Shown one piece after another: positions 49,072-59,833 of a stretch of DNA of 64,000 nucleotides. The stretch's first letter is position 1. Each line of letters starts with the position of its first letter. This DNA comes from Chloroflexota bacterium (GTDB taxonomy: Bacteria; Chloroflexota; UBA11872; VXOZ01): contig OY760183.1 in assembly GCA_963663275.1 (NCBI GenBank), positions 32,001 through 96,000 of the forward strand, read 5' to 3'. Below the pieces are notes generated by a model that worked only from the letters and a program-made list of their open reading frames with translations, had not been told where the DNA came from and did no database searches. The translations under genes were made by a program, and so were the position numbers.

Positions 49072-49821
49072 GTGCGACGGTTCGAGGAGCAGGTAGCGAT
49101 CGTCACCGGCGCGGGCAGCGGCATTGGCTTGGGCATCGCCAAGCGGCTCGGCAGCGAGGGCGCGCGAGTGCTCATTACCGACATCGACGGCCCCACAGCG
49201 GACGAGGCCGCGGCCGCGCTCACGGCGCAAGGCATCACCGCGCTGGCCGTGTGCGGCGATACGGCAGACGAGTCGACGGCTGAAACTGCCGTGGCGCGGG
49301 CCATGGCCGCCTGGGGGCGCATCGACGTGCTCGTGAACAACACCGGCATTATCGGCCGCACCGCGCCGCTGTGGGAGTTGCCGGTCAGCGAACTGGATCG
49401 GGTCTACGCGGTCAATCTACGCGGCACGTACCTCTTCTGCCAGCAGGCAATCCCCCACATGCTCGCCCGCGATTACGGCCGCATCGTGAACATGGCCTCG
49501 ATCGCGGGCAAAGAGGGCAACCCCAACATGGTTCCCTACTCCGCCACCAAAGCCGCCGTCATCGGCCTCACCAAGTCGCTGGGCAAGGAACTGGCGGAAA
49601 CCGGCGTCCGCGTGAACTGCCTCACGCCGGCCGTGGTGCGCACCCCCATCTGGGAGCAGACCACACAGGCGCAGATGGACATGCTGCTGGCGCGCATTCC
49701 CATGAAACGCAGCGGCGAAATCAGCGAGGTGGCGGCAATGGTAGCGTGGCTGGCGTCGGCGGAATGCTCCTTCAGCACCGGCGCGGTCTTCGACCTCAGC
49801 GGCGGCCGGGCAACGTACTAG
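49072..49821 (+). CDS. Classical SDR oxidoreductase
   Basis: TGAGSGIG, NNTG, S..YSATK, DLSGGRATY. Confidence 0.92.
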   Translation: MRRFEEQVAIVTGAGSGIGLGIAKRLGSEGARVLITDIDGPTADEAAAALTAQGITALAVCGDTADESTAETAVARAMAAWGRIDVLVNNTGIIGRTAPLWELPVSELDRVYAVNLRGTYLFCQQAIPHMLARDYGRIVNMASIAGKEGNPNMVPYSATKAAVIGLTKSLGKELAETGVRVNCLTPAVVRTPIWEQTTQAQMDMLLARIPMKRSGEISEVAAMVAWLASAECSFSTGAVFDLSGGRATY

Positions 49822-50109
49822 GCGGCATCGTCTCGACACGTCATTCCTGTAAGTGCCAGACAATTCGTCTGCAGATTTGGTACAAGGGAACTCGGGGACT
49901 TAGCGGATAACTCGTCTACATGTCATTCCGAACGAAGCGCAGCGTAGTGAGGAATCCAGAGTGCTGAGCCTGTCAAACTCCGTGCAGCGTAGACTCTAGA
50001 TTCCTCGCTGCGCTCGGAATGACATGAGCGGCCAACACCGCCTCGTGGGAAGGCGATTCTGTCAACGAATTACTCAACACTGACGTTACCGAGCATAGAT
50101 AGCGCAGGG

Positions 50110-50433
50110 ATGAGTTCCGGCACACTCAAGCAGGCTGAAGTCATGAACGCAAATTCACCTGAGACAATTAGTAATCGAGTGCAAGCCTATCTTGACGGGG
50201 CGCTCTCTTTGCAGGCGCTGTCTGCGTGGCTTCTTTCGCAGACAGCGTACTATGCCGACGAGTCGCGCCCGGAAACAGGCCATTCTCACGATGCCAACCT
50301 GTGGGCGCGAGCGTGCAACCTGGTTTTCCTCTGGGGCGACAACGCGCTTTCGGAAGAAGAAGTGCGCGCCGCCCTCCGGGGTTGGCTTGCGGAACATCCA
50401 GGCACACTTGCCCACACGTCGGTTCCCCGCTAA
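50110..50433 (+). CDS. Hypothetical protein
   Basis: Helical, non-shadow-like ORF between a REP cluster and the convergent dehydratase. Confidence 0.4.
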   Translation: MSSGTLKQAEVMNANSPETISNRVQAYLDGALSLQALSAWLLSQTAYYADESRPETGHSHDANLWARACNLVFLWGDNALSEEEVRAALRGWLAEHPGTLAHTSVPR

Positions 50434-50492
50434 GGCGGTGCGCTCCCTCAGCGCGCGTACGCGCCGGTGTGGTTGAGCCTCTGCGTTACCGC

Positions 50493-51635
50493 CTAGATGA
50501 ACGCCGCCGAGCCGTCCGGACCTACGTCGAACGGCCTATGCCAGGAGCGAATCGGCTGGCCGCGCACGTAGTCCTCGTTCAGTTCAATTCCCCAGCCGGG
50601 CTTTTCGGGTATCTCCAGATACCCGTCCACCAGCTTGACCGGCTCGTGCAGGATGTCCGTGCGCGGCGGCGCGTCGTCGGCGTGGTACTCCAGGATGATG
50701 AAGCTGTGGGTAGCCGCCGCAAAGTGGACGTTCACAGCGGTCGCTACCGGCCCCAGCGGGTTGTGCGGCGCGACTTTCACGTAGTGCGCCTCGGCCAGCG
50801 CCGCGATCTTGCGCATCTCGGTCAGGCCGCCGCAGACGCAGATGTCCGGCTGGATGATGGTCGCCGCCTGCTTTTCCAGCAGTTCGCGAAAGCCGAACGA
50901 GGTATAGAGCATCTCGCCGGTGGCGACCGGCACCGGCGACTTCCGCGCGAACCAGGCGAGGGCGTCGATGTTCTCCGGCCGCAGCGGTTCCTCGAAGAAG
51001 AACGGCTGGGAGGGCGCCACCGCCGCCGCCATCTCCAAAGCCCGCGCCGGCTCGAAAATCTTCGCGTGGGGATCCAGCCCGATGTCCACGTCCGGGCCGA
51101 CGGCTTCCCGCACTGCGGCGATGCGCTCGCCGGCCGCCGCCACCACGGCGTTCCACGACATCTGGCTGGCGTTCGGCGGATGCGGCGCCATCTTGAGCGC
51201 GGTATAGCCGTACTTTGCCACCAGCGCCTTGGCACTCTCCGCGCAGTCCTCCGGAGTCGCGCCGCCGCAACCCTGGTAGACGCGAATGCGGTCGCGGCAC
51301 TTGCCGCCCAACATGCGGTAGACCGGCTGCCCGGCCGCTTTGCCGCTGATGTCCCACAGGGCGTGGTCGATGCCGCTGATGGCCGCGTTGATCACCGACC
51401 CGCCGGGAAAGCGCGAGTGGACGTACATGTGGTACCAGATGCCGTTGACGTCGCGCGGGTCCTTGCCCACAATCCAGTCGCCGAAATCATCGACGGCGGC
51501 CGCCACCGCCCGGTTCGGCCCCACCGGATAGGCTTCGCCAATGCCGCTGATGCCTTCTGACGTGTTGATCTTCACGATGAGCACGTCGCGCGATACGATC
51601 GGCGCGGCAAAGGTCTCGACTGAGGTGATCTTCAT
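50493..51635 (-). CDS. Mandelate racemase/enolase superfamily acid-sugar dehydratase (DgoD-like)
   Basis: GIGEA, AISGIDHALWDI.GK, LDPH, FEEP, ATGE, IQPD, APHNP, PGWG. Confidence 0.88.
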   Translation of the reverse strand: MKITSVETFAAPIVSRDVLIVKINTSEGISGIGEAYPVGPNRAVAAAVDDFGDWIVGKDPRDVNGIWYHMYVHSRFPGGSVINAAISGIDHALWDISGKAAGQPVYRMLGGKCRDRIRVYQGCGGATPEDCAESAKALVAKYGYTALKMAPHPPNASQMSWNAVVAAAGERIAAVREAVGPDVDIGLDPHAKIFEPARALEMAAAVAPSQPFFFEEPLRPENIDALAWFARKSPVPVATGEMLYTSFGFRELLEKQAATIIQPDICVCGGLTEMRKIAALAEAHYVKVAPHNPLGPVATAVNVHFAAATHSFIILEYHADDAPPRTDILHEPVKLVDGYLEIPEKPGWGIELNEDYVRGQPIRSWHRPFDVGPDGSAAFI

Positions 51636-52033
51636 TGGTGGGTTACTCCTGAAGAAGGGCAAGAGCACGGCGGGGAACAAGCCCCCGCGCTACGTCTGTT
51701 CGGCAGCGCTGGGGGAATTTCCCGACCCGCGCTACGTTCGTGCGTCTCAATTGGGGCCAAACCCCCGCGCTACCGCTTCCGGTTCCCTCTCCCAGCGGGG
51801 AGAGGGTTAGGGTGAGGGGGGTTCTACTCACCGCCTTGGTTCAGTATCCTTATGTGTCGTTCCAACAGGCGGGGGACAAGCCCCCGCGCTACGTCTGTGC
51901 GGCAGCGCTGGGGGAATTTCCCGACCCGCGCTACGCTAATGCGTCTCAATTGGGGCCAAACCCCCGTGCTACGGCAAGAGCAAAACGCGCACGCCCGCCG
52001 CCGTTGAAAGCAGCGTCACGTTTGCCAAATAAC

Positions 52034-53005
52034 CTACGCGCACACCGGATGATCGGACGACCAGCGGTTGAAGTTCCCGGTATGGGAGGCGGCCAATTTG
52101 GGGCGGGCGTCTTCCCACATTTGCGTCCAGGTGTCGGCGTCGCGCAGTTCCGACTCCGGCTTGGCGCGGCTGCGGGCCACGAAATCGGGGAAGACCGGGC
52201 GGCCGGTAGGTTGGCCGATCGGCTGGTAGCGCAGGTCGAAGCTCCAGCGCACCTGGTCCTGGGTCTTGTTGTCGTACGAGCAGTGCATGGTCTTGCGGTG
52301 CATCAGCAGAATGCTGCCCGCCTTCATCGGCAGCGGCACGGCGTTCTCGATGTCTATCAGCTTTTCCGGTATCCACACGCCGCCCACGCCCGGGCAGTGC
52401 ACCGCCAGTTCTTCCTCCCGGTGCGAGTAGGGCACGGCGTACATGCAGCTATTCTCGATTGTGGCGTCGTTCAGGGGCAGCCACACCGTCAGCATCTCGG
52501 TCTCGTCCGCCTCTTCCACCACCACGCCGTTATCCTGGTGCCAGGGCACCGCCACCGACAGGTTGCTCGGGTTTTCCACGTGAACCACGTGGCGCGGCAG
52601 TTTCATGCGCACGTGCTGCACCGGGTTGGAAAGGATTTCAGGCCCAACCACGCTCTCGGCGCAATCGAGCAGACGCGGGTTTACCAGCAGATTGAAAACC
52701 GCCGGCCCGGTGTGCATGGGCGCGTCGGCCCCGATGGCTTTCTGCGGCAGCGAAATATCGAACGGCTGGGCGAAGATCTGGCCGCTCTCATCGCACACCT
52801 GGATCAGGCGCTGATCGAACGGCAGGTCGGCGTACGTCGAGGAAATCTCGCCCTCCGCGTAGAGGTCGTGGGCGATGCCGTCCAGCACGTCGGCGTACTC
52901 CGCCATCACCGGCGCCAGGTCTTCCTCCGGATCCAGTACGTCTTCTACCACCACGTAGCCTTGGTCTTCGAGATGATCGAGTTGCGCTTGCGTCAAGCCG
53001 GCCAT
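52034..53005 (-). CDS. Phytanoyl-CoA dioxygenase (PhyH) family Fe/2OG enzyme, paralog 1
   Basis: QGYVVVEDVL, WHQD, TVWLPL, MHRKTMH, RWSFDLRY. Confidence 0.88.
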   Translation of the reverse strand: MAGLTQAQLDHLEDQGYVVVEDVLDPEEDLAPVMAEYADVLDGIAHDLYAEGEISSTYADLPFDQRLIQVCDESGQIFAQPFDISLPQKAIGADAPMHTGPAVFNLLVNPRLLDCAESVVGPEILSNPVQHVRMKLPRHVVHVENPSNLSVAVPWHQDNGVVVEEADETEMLTVWLPLNDATIENSCMYAVPYSHREEELAVHCPGVGGVWIPEKLIDIENAVPLPMKAGSILLMHRKTMHCSYDNKTQDQVRWSFDLRYQPIGQPTGRPVFPDFVARSRAKPESELRDADTWTQMWEDARPKLAASHTGNFNRWSSDHPVCA

Positions 53006-53182
53006 TTCCTGCTGCTCCTTATCTTTCGCCAAATATCGCGTAGCCGCGTTTGCGCGGCTTCCACCTGGACGGTACGTCTCCGTTGCGCGCGGCTTTCACG
53101 CGCCAAAGTAATACAACTATAGCACATTCGGCAAGCCCTCAGACGCCGCGGCGTGCGGCAGTCCCCAAGCCCGTCAAATCGC

Positions 53183-54151
53183 CTACGCGCACGCCGGATG
53201 GTCGGCGGACCAGCGGTTGAAACGTTGTTTCGCGGAAGCGGCCAGGCGAACGCGCGTATCCTCCCAAAGCTGCGCCCACGCGGCCGCGTCGCGCAGTTCC
53301 GACTCCGGCCTGGCGCGGCTGCGGGCCACGAAATCCGGGAAGAGCGGGCGGCCGGAGGGTTGCCCCGCTGGCTGGTAGCGCAGGTCGAAACTCCAGCGCA
53401 CCTGGTCCTGGGTGGTATTGTCGAACGAACAGTGCATGGTTCTCCGGTGCATGAACAAGACGCTGCCCGCCCGCATGGGTACCGGCACGGCCCGCGCCTC
53501 ATCCATCGCTGCTTCCGGTATCCGCAGACCGCCGGCGCCCGGACAGTGCACGGCAACGCCGTCCCGGTGCGAGCGAGGCACCACGTTCAGGCAGCTATTC
53601 TCGATGGTAGCGTCGTTCAAGGGCAGCCACACCGTCAGCATATCGGTCTCGTCCGCCTCCGCCACCGTTACGCCGTTGTCCTGGTGCCAGGGCACGGCGC
53701 CGGCGAGGCCGCCCGGCTTTTCCACGTGCACCGCGTGGAGCGGCAACTTCATGCGCACGTGCTGTATCGGATTGGACAGGATTTCGGGCCCGATAATGCT
53801 CTCCACGCAATCGAGCAGGCGCGGGTTCACCAGCAGGCTGAAGACGGCCGGGCCCGTGTGCATGGGCGCGTCGGCGCGCTCGGCGCTCTGCGGCAGCGAG
53901 ATGTCGAACGGCTGGGTGAAGAGTTGGCGGCTTTCGTCGCAGACGCGCATGAGCCGCCGGTCGAACGGCAAGCCGGCATAGGTCGAGGATATGACGCCTT
54001 CGGCATAGAGTTCGCGGGCGATGTTGTCCAGCACGTCGCCGTACTCCGCCATCACCGGCGCCAGGTCTGCCGCCGGGTCCAGTACGTCTTCCACGACCAC
54101 GTACCCTTGTTCGTCGAATTGTTCGATCTGCGCTTGCGTTAGGCCGCCCAT
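53183..54151 (-). CDS. PhyH family Fe/2OG dioxygenase, paralog 2
   Basis: Same motifs; colinear with and very similar to paralog 1. Confidence 0.88.
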   Translation of the reverse strand: MGGLTQAQIEQFDEQGYVVVEDVLDPAADLAPVMAEYGDVLDNIARELYAEGVISSTYAGLPFDRRLMRVCDESRQLFTQPFDISLPQSAERADAPMHTGPAVFSLLVNPRLLDCVESIIGPEILSNPIQHVRMKLPLHAVHVEKPGGLAGAVPWHQDNGVTVAEADETDMLTVWLPLNDATIENSCLNVVPRSHRDGVAVHCPGAGGLRIPEAAMDEARAVPVPMRAGSVLFMHRRTMHCSFDNTTQDQVRWSFDLRYQPAGQPSGRPLFPDFVARSRARPESELRDAAAWAQLWEDTRVRLAASAKQRFNRWSADHPACA

Positions 54152-54325
54152 GGGTAACGCTCCTCCGCTTAGTGAATGAACCGCTTGCGCACGTGTTTGC
54201 GCCTGTTCCAGAGTCTGGGAATCCTCTATGTCTCCCGCCCGCTTCTATCATATCCGAGCGTAGCTGTCTGCACGAGTCCCGTAGGCAGTTACAATACGGG
54301 AAAGAGGAAAGGACGGAGAGGTGTA

Positions 54326-54766
54326 ATGCGTGAAGCCGCTTGCCGCTCTGGCCGCGCGCCGGCCTGGATGCTGCTGATACTGTTGCTGGCGGCCTGCGGC
54401 GGCACGGAAAGCCCGGGGAGCGAGACGGCGCGCCCTCGCGACGCGCGTGCCCAGGCGGGGAGTCCGGTCGATAGCAAAGAGGCGGCGCTTGCGGCGGTGT
54501 ACGCGCATCTCTCCCAGGTCACCTCTTGCCGGGCGGCGCGCATGCGGCTGGATGATGACTTTGCCGCGGGTAAGTTCGACGCGCGTTTGACCTCGGCGTA
54601 CTCGCTCCGGCGGCAGCATCCGGTGTGGGAGGTTGACTACGCCGGCGATCTCCACATTCCGTACGTCATCTGGTTTGTGGAACAGACCGACGGCGCGGTG
54701 CTGGCCAGCATCAGCGCGGCGACATATTATGAATCGCCGCTGCTCCACGTGTGCCGCCGCGATTGA
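54326..54766 (+). CDS. Hypothetical lipoprotein
   Basis: GAGGT RBS; hydrophobic stretch plus LAAC lipobox. Confidence 0.6.
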   Translation: MREAACRSGRAPAWMLLILLLAACGGTESPGSETARPRDARAQAGSPVDSKEAALAAVYAHLSQVTSCRAARMRLDDDFAAGKFDARLTSAYSLRRQHPVWEVDYAGDLHIPYVIWFVEQTDGAVLASISAATYYESPLLHVCRRD

Positions 54767-54900
54767 GCGGCAAGAACCTCGCCAATCGCATCATGTCCCG
54801 GCCGCATATAGATGCCGTCCGGCGCGCACGAACAGCGCCTGGAAGGGCTTCGTGCGGTTCTGTCGCGCGGAAATTCCGTCAGGCGCGCAAGAATTGCGCC

Positions 54901-55626
54901 TTACCGATCCGTTTCCCGTATCGCGGCCAACGCTTCCGGCAGGGTGAACGCGCCGCGATAGAGCGCCGCGCCGACGATTGACCCCTCGACGCCCAGGGTC
55001 GCCAGCCGCGCCAGGTGGTCGAGGCTGGCCACGCCGCCGGAGGCGATTACCGGCACGCTCACCGCCGCCGCCAGCGCGCCGGTGGCCGCGAAATTCGGCT
55101 GCGAAAGCGTGCCGTCGCGCTCCACGTCGGTATAGAGAAAGCGGCTCACGCCGCAATCCACCATGCGCCGCGCCAGGTCGAACATGTCAACCGCGCTTTC
55201 CCGCTGCCAGCCGTGGGTCGTAATCTTGCCGTTGCGGGCGTCCAGCGCCACCACCACCCGGCCGGGATAGCGCGCGCACGCTTCCGCCACCAAGTCCGGC
55301 TGCTCCAGCGCCACGGTGCCCAGCACCACCCGCGCGGCGCCCGCCGCCACCGCCTGCTCGATGGCGTCCAGGTCGCGCAAGCCGCCGCCCATCTGCACCG
55401 GAATATCCAGCGCCGCCGTGACCGCGGCCACCACCGGCAGATTCTTGCCGCTGCCGCTCTGCGTGCCGTCCAAGTCCACCACGTGGAGCAGCGCCGCGCC
55501 CTGTTCCTCCCAGCCGCGGGCGGTCGCCACCGGCTCGTGCGAAAACACCGTGCGCTGCGCGAAGTCGCCCTTGTAGAGCCGCACCACCGCGCCGTCTTTT
55601 ATGTCAATCGCGGGAATAACTTGCAT
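54901..55626 (-). CDS. hisA: ProFAR isomerase
   Basis: VIPAIDIKDG.VVRL, LHVVDLDG, GGGLR, TDVERDG, VIASGG. Confidence 0.95.
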   Translation of the reverse strand: MQVIPAIDIKDGAVVRLYKGDFAQRTVFSHEPVATARGWEEQGAALLHVVDLDGTQSGSGKNLPVVAAVTAALDIPVQMGGGLRDLDAIEQAVAAGAARVVLGTVALEQPDLVAEACARYPGRVVVALDARNGKITTHGWQRESAVDMFDLARRMVDCGVSRFLYTDVERDGTLSQPNFAATGALAAAVSVPVIASGGVASLDHLARLATLGVEGSIVGAALYRGAFTLPEALAAIRETDR

Positions 55627-55719
55627 GTCTCTTGTAATTGCCCTGAGCGCCATTGGCGTCGCGGCGGCATTCAACAACGCTCTACGACCCTGCTCTGCCA
55701 GCATTCTCTTGCGGTTGTA

Positions 55720-56080
55720 CGCTCGCTACCCAGCGGCATTACGGTAGCGCGGGGGCTTGTCCCCCGCTACCCAGCGACATTACTGTAGCGCGGGGGCTTG
55801 TCCCCCGCTACCCATCGGCATTACGGTAGCGCGGGGGCTTGTCCCCCGCCTCTTGGCGCCAAAGGCAAACACCCCTTTGGAGGAAACATGCCTTGCGCTC
55901 GCAGCATCCGTTCATCCTTCGACACGCTCAGGACGAACGGATGCTGAATCCTCTCACAAACGACGAAACCTCTCACCGCTGCTAATCTCATCCGTTCGCG
56001 CTGAGCCAGCTTGTCCTGAGCTTGACGAAGGGCCGAAGCGTTCTCGCCGCCGTTCGCGCTGAGCCTGTCGAAGCGCTCTT
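55720..56080. repeat. REP cluster between hisH and hisA
   Basis: Three tandem GTAGCGCGGGGGCTTGTCCCCCGC plus CCGTTCGCGCTGAGCCTGTCGAAG-type units. Confidence 0.85.
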
Positions 56081-56088
56081 CCTGAGCT

Positions 56089-56718
56089 TTACGATGCTTT
56101 CGCGCTGGCCGCGCCCGTCGCCCACGCCACGAAATTCTCGTACAACCTTAACCCCATCGCCGCGCTCTTCTCCGGGTGGAACTGGGTCGCAAACACGTTA
56201 TCCCGCGCCAGCACGCTGGGAAAGGTCACGCCGTAGTCGGTGGCGCCGGCCGTCAGCGCGGCGTCGTCCGGCATGGTGTAGTACGAGTGCACGAAGTAGA
56301 AATACGCCTCGTCCGGGATGCCGGCGAACATCGGATGCGCCTGCGTCTGCCGCACCTGGTTCCAGCCCATGTGCGGCACGGTCAACCCCTTGGGGAAGCG
56401 CCGCACCGTGCCGGGATACACGTCCAGGCAGGGCGTGCCGCCGTCCTCCTCGCTGGCCGTGAGCAAGACCTGCAACCCCATGCAGATGCCGAAATAGGGC
56501 GTGCCGGCCGCAATCACCGCCTTCACCGCGTCGATCATGCCGTGCCGCTCCAACCCCCGTATCGTATCCCCCGCCGCCCCCACACCCGGCAAGATCACCG
56601 CCGCCGCCCCCGCCACCACCGCCGGCTCCGACGTCACCACATAATCCGCCGCATACAACCCCACCGCCCGGCTCACACTGCGAATGTTCCCAGCGCCGTA
56701 GTCGATAATCGCAATCAT
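56089..56718 (-). CDS. hisH: Imidazole glycerol phosphate synthase glutaminase subunit
   Basis: IIDYGAGN, LPGVG, GICMG, PHMGWN, YFVHSY, QFHPEKS. Confidence 0.96.
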   Translation of the reverse strand: MIAIIDYGAGNIRSVSRAVGLYAADYVVTSEPAVVAGAAAVILPGVGAAGDTIRGLERHGMIDAVKAVIAAGTPYFGICMGLQVLLTASEEDGGTPCLDVYPGTVRRFPKGLTVPHMGWNQVRQTQAHPMFAGIPDEAYFYFVHSYYTMPDDAALTAGATDYGVTFPSVLARDNVFATQFHPEKSAAMGLRLYENFVAWATGAASAKAS

Positions 56719-56768
56719 GGTATACCGTCTATTTCTATGAAACGCGCATACTCAATTAAACTACATCT

Positions 56769-57338
56769 CTATAGCCGCCTGAACCCAAATACGTATCCAT
56801 CAAGGCCAGTAAGAACCTCCCCTCTGAAATTGTCACATTCGAACTCGAAGGCATATCCGGCGGTCCCGGTCTCAGTCGCACGTGTCAAGGATACAGCCGC
56901 TTCTTGACCAAACTTCCACCGCAAGTACTCAATTGCTTTCGCTTCGCAGGCTTCTAAACCAACTGCGCGAGTCTCGTCTAAATGGCGCGACTGAGTGGAT
57001 GCTGAATCCTTACCGAAGAGCTTTTGAATTAGCGTATAGGCTAAAGCCCCAGACGCGCCAGAAACAGCGGCTTCTATGAAAGGGGCAATATAGGCTACAA
57101 TTTCCCCCGTAGAGGCTTCAGCACCCCAATTTAGTGTTCGACTGCTGGCATTGATGTTGTATCGATAGCAGCCTAACTCATGCAATGTATCTATTATTGT
57201 GTTCTCGATTTCTGATAGCGCCGCATCGCTTGGCTCGCACTCCAAATAGACCAGGACATCTTCCGGAGCGTCTAGGTTTTGAGACTCCATGAGCCTTTCA
57301 TGTGGAATGGTAGTTATCCGAATGCTCAGCATGTCCAT
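56769..57338 (-). CDS. Hypothetical protein in a low-GC islet
   Basis: AGGAG RBS before ATG 57338; AT-richer than the flanks. Confidence 0.5.
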   Translation of the reverse strand: MDMLSIRITTIPHERLMESQNLDAPEDVLVYLECEPSDAALSEIENTIIDTLHELGCYRYNINASSRTLNWGAEASTGEIVAYIAPFIEAAVSGASGALAYTLIQKLFGKDSASTQSRHLDETRAVGLEACEAKAIEYLRWKFGQEAAVSLTRATETGTAGYAFEFECDNFRGEVLTGLDGYVFGFRRL

Positions 57339-57585
57339 CTTGAATGCTCCTGCAAGCAACAGACGCTGTGTGCTTTGTTTCAAATTGACGTTCTGCAAAC
57401 TCTCAATTGCCTTGCAGGCCGCGCAACCCTTTCGCACTCATGGCAACACATCTCATAGTCTTGCGCGCACATGGCAACTGCGTACTTACATGATAGCAGC
57501 CAACAAAGTCACCGTGCCTAGGCCGCAAGCTACGAACGTACACGGTTGTGCTGTGCTAGGCTGGGATGGAGAAAGGGGCAGCCCC

Positions 57586-58197
57586 ATGTTCAAGTCGCTC
57601 AAAGACATTCTGCCGGGCACGATTGAGGAGCTTGGCATTGGCGAGCGGCTGGAGGCGGCGGCGGTGTTTAGCGCGTGGCGGACGGTAGTGTCGCGGTTGC
57701 CGGCTCATGCGCGGGAGGCGCGGCCGCGACGGTTCCGGCACGGCGCGCTGGAGGTGGAAGCGCCCTCTTCCGCCGCCGTGCACGAGTTGCACATGCGCGT
57801 GCCCCAACTCATGCGCGATGTGAACACCATCCTGGGGCGTCCGCTGGTCACCAAGCTGGACTTTCGCGCCCGCGGCCGGCGCGCCCCGACCCGCATCGCG
57901 CCGCCCCAGCCCCGGCCGGCAGCCGAGAGCGCGGACACTACACCTGCGGACACAACCGCCGCGCAGGAAGCCGCCGCGCCCAAAGCGGCCGCCGCCAACG
58001 ACCCCGCCGATCGCGAACGCCGCCTGCGCCAGGCAATCGACCTGATCCAGAACCCCGCCGTGCGCCAACAAGCCCTCGCCCGCCTAACGGAGCGCGGCCA
58101 TCAACCCGCCCGCTGCGCCACGTGCGGTACCCAGGTCACCACCCCCGGCCTCTGCCCCCTCTGCCAGGCGCACGAAAAGCAGGATAGCGGCGCATAA
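57586..58197 (+). CDS. DUF721/DciA-family protein with C-terminal Zn ribbon
   Basis: AWRTVV..RP..FRHGALEVEAPSSAAVHEL..VN..LG..V..L.F; CATC..CPLC. Confidence 0.75.
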   Translation: MFKSLKDILPGTIEELGIGERLEAAAVFSAWRTVVSRLPAHAREARPRRFRHGALEVEAPSSAAVHELHMRVPQLMRDVNTILGRPLVTKLDFRARGRRAPTRIAPPQPRPAAESADTTPADTTAAQEAAAPKAAAANDPADRERRLRQAIDLIQNPAVRQQALARLTERGHQPARCATCGTQVTTPGLCPLCQAHEKQDSGA

Positions 58198-58498
58198 GGC
58201 CGGTTCGCGCATAGCGCGGTGGGGAATTCACTCTTAGGCGGAACCAGCCGAGAAACCATGTCCGCGACTAGCCATCCAACGTTGCCAGAGACTCCATTGG
58301 CACGTTTATAGAGGTCCAGGGCGAACACTGCAAGCAATCGACCATTGTAGATCCACGTAGGGTCCTAATTGTCGAAGACGGGCCCAAGGGATCACGCGTG
58401 TAAGGGCTTCTGAAGTCTGTTGTCTGAGGGTTTGGGATGTTGTAGTCTGTTACTCGCTGGCGGCTCCCTCTGCTCTGTTCTACGTTAGGTAGCGAGAC

Positions 58499-59740
58499 AT
58501 GGCATCTTCCAAGTATGGGAATCTCATACGCTTACGTCCCAACGACTGCGAAGTCTTGGAAGTGATCAAGCAAGTCCCCTTGGGGGAGGGTGCTTCACAA
58601 GGCAGTGTTAGCGAAGACGAACTCAGGAACTTGCTGTTCGAACATCCCGATTCGCTTCCACTGGCGGACATCGATGCAGCCTATGCCAATGCGGTGCCAA
58701 TCTGCAAAGAGATGCGGACGCCTGCCGGCCCAATAGATGCTCTATATGTCAACGCTGACGGTCGAATCACCCTTGCCGAATTCAAACTTTGGCGTAACCC
58801 GCAAGCGCGGCGTGAGGTAATCGGCCAGATCCTGGATTACGCGAAGGAACTTGCTTCCTGGAGCTACGAGGATTTGCAGCGCCAAGTGTCGCTTGCGCTC
58901 AAGAAGAGTGGGAATGTCCTCTTCGACTTAGTTGAAACGCGGTCATCGGGGATCGATGAGGCAGAGTTCATTGACAGTGTGACGCGACACTTGAGGCGCG
59001 GCGAATTCTTGCTGCTCATTGTGGGTGATGGAATTCGAGAGGGTGTAGAGAGCATAGTCGATTTCGTCCAGACCTACAGCGGCCTGCACTTCAATCTGGC
59101 GCTGGTGGAAGCAGCATTATACCGGGATGCTGCCAACCACCTCATCGTCCAGCCCCGCGTCATGGCCCAGACCGAAATCGTGCAACGTTTCGTCGTTGAA
59201 GTAGATTCAGTCAGGGAAGTCATTGAAGACGATCAGGAAACCCAGCAAGATACCCAATCAGACCAGGAAGAGGAAAACCTCCGGTTCTGGAGAGCAGTGG
59301 TCCAGGATTATTCCTTCTCGGATACCTCTGCGGTTGTACCCCCTCCCAGCAAGGAATCCACTCTATACGTGAGAGTGCAGGGCTCAGGACACGGGGGCTT
59401 TGGCCTTTGCTTTGACGGGTTCTTGGACCGCAAAGCTTCATATGTGGGTTGCTTCCTGATGGCTCGTAGTGACCTACCCCACGCTGTCCGGATTTTTGAG
59501 GAACTTGCATCATCGTTTGAAGAGTTGAGAATGGAGTTAGGAGAGGATCCAGAGGTCTGGAAAAGCTCAGCAGGTCGTCCCAGACTGGGGTTTCGGAAAA
59601 AAGACAGCTTATCATTCCTTGCTGGTAGGGAATCCGATGTTGACTACCAGGAATCAGTCTCTTGGATGCGAGACCGCTTGAATACTCTAGTAAGCGGACT
59701 ACATCCGCGTATTCGGCTGCGGCTCGATGAAGATGCATAG
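58499..59740 (+). CDS. PD-(D/E)xK nuclease-like protein (NucS/DUF4268-like architecture)
   Basis: E..PIDALY..LAEFK..ARREVIGQILDYA; lower GC. Confidence 0.7.
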   Translation: MASSKYGNLIRLRPNDCEVLEVIKQVPLGEGASQGSVSEDELRNLLFEHPDSLPLADIDAAYANAVPICKEMRTPAGPIDALYVNADGRITLAEFKLWRNPQARREVIGQILDYAKELASWSYEDLQRQVSLALKKSGNVLFDLVETRSSGIDEAEFIDSVTRHLRRGEFLLLIVGDGIREGVESIVDFVQTYSGLHFNLALVEAALYRDAANHLIVQPRVMAQTEIVQRFVVEVDSVREVIEDDQETQQDTQSDQEEENLRFWRAVVQDYSFSDTSAVVPPPSKESTLYVRVQGSGHGGFGLCFDGFLDRKASYVGCFLMARSDLPHAVRIFEELASSFEELRMELGEDPEVWKSSAGRPRLGFRKKDSLSFLAGRESDVDYQESVSWMRDRLNTLVSGLHPRIRLRLDEDA

Positions 59741-59833
59741 GACACCAAGGGATATTGACCGCCTTCGTATCTGGCAGCCCGCTGTATCCCCATGACGGCT
59801 TCCCACTCAGAGTCTCCGGCTAAGTCGCGATTC

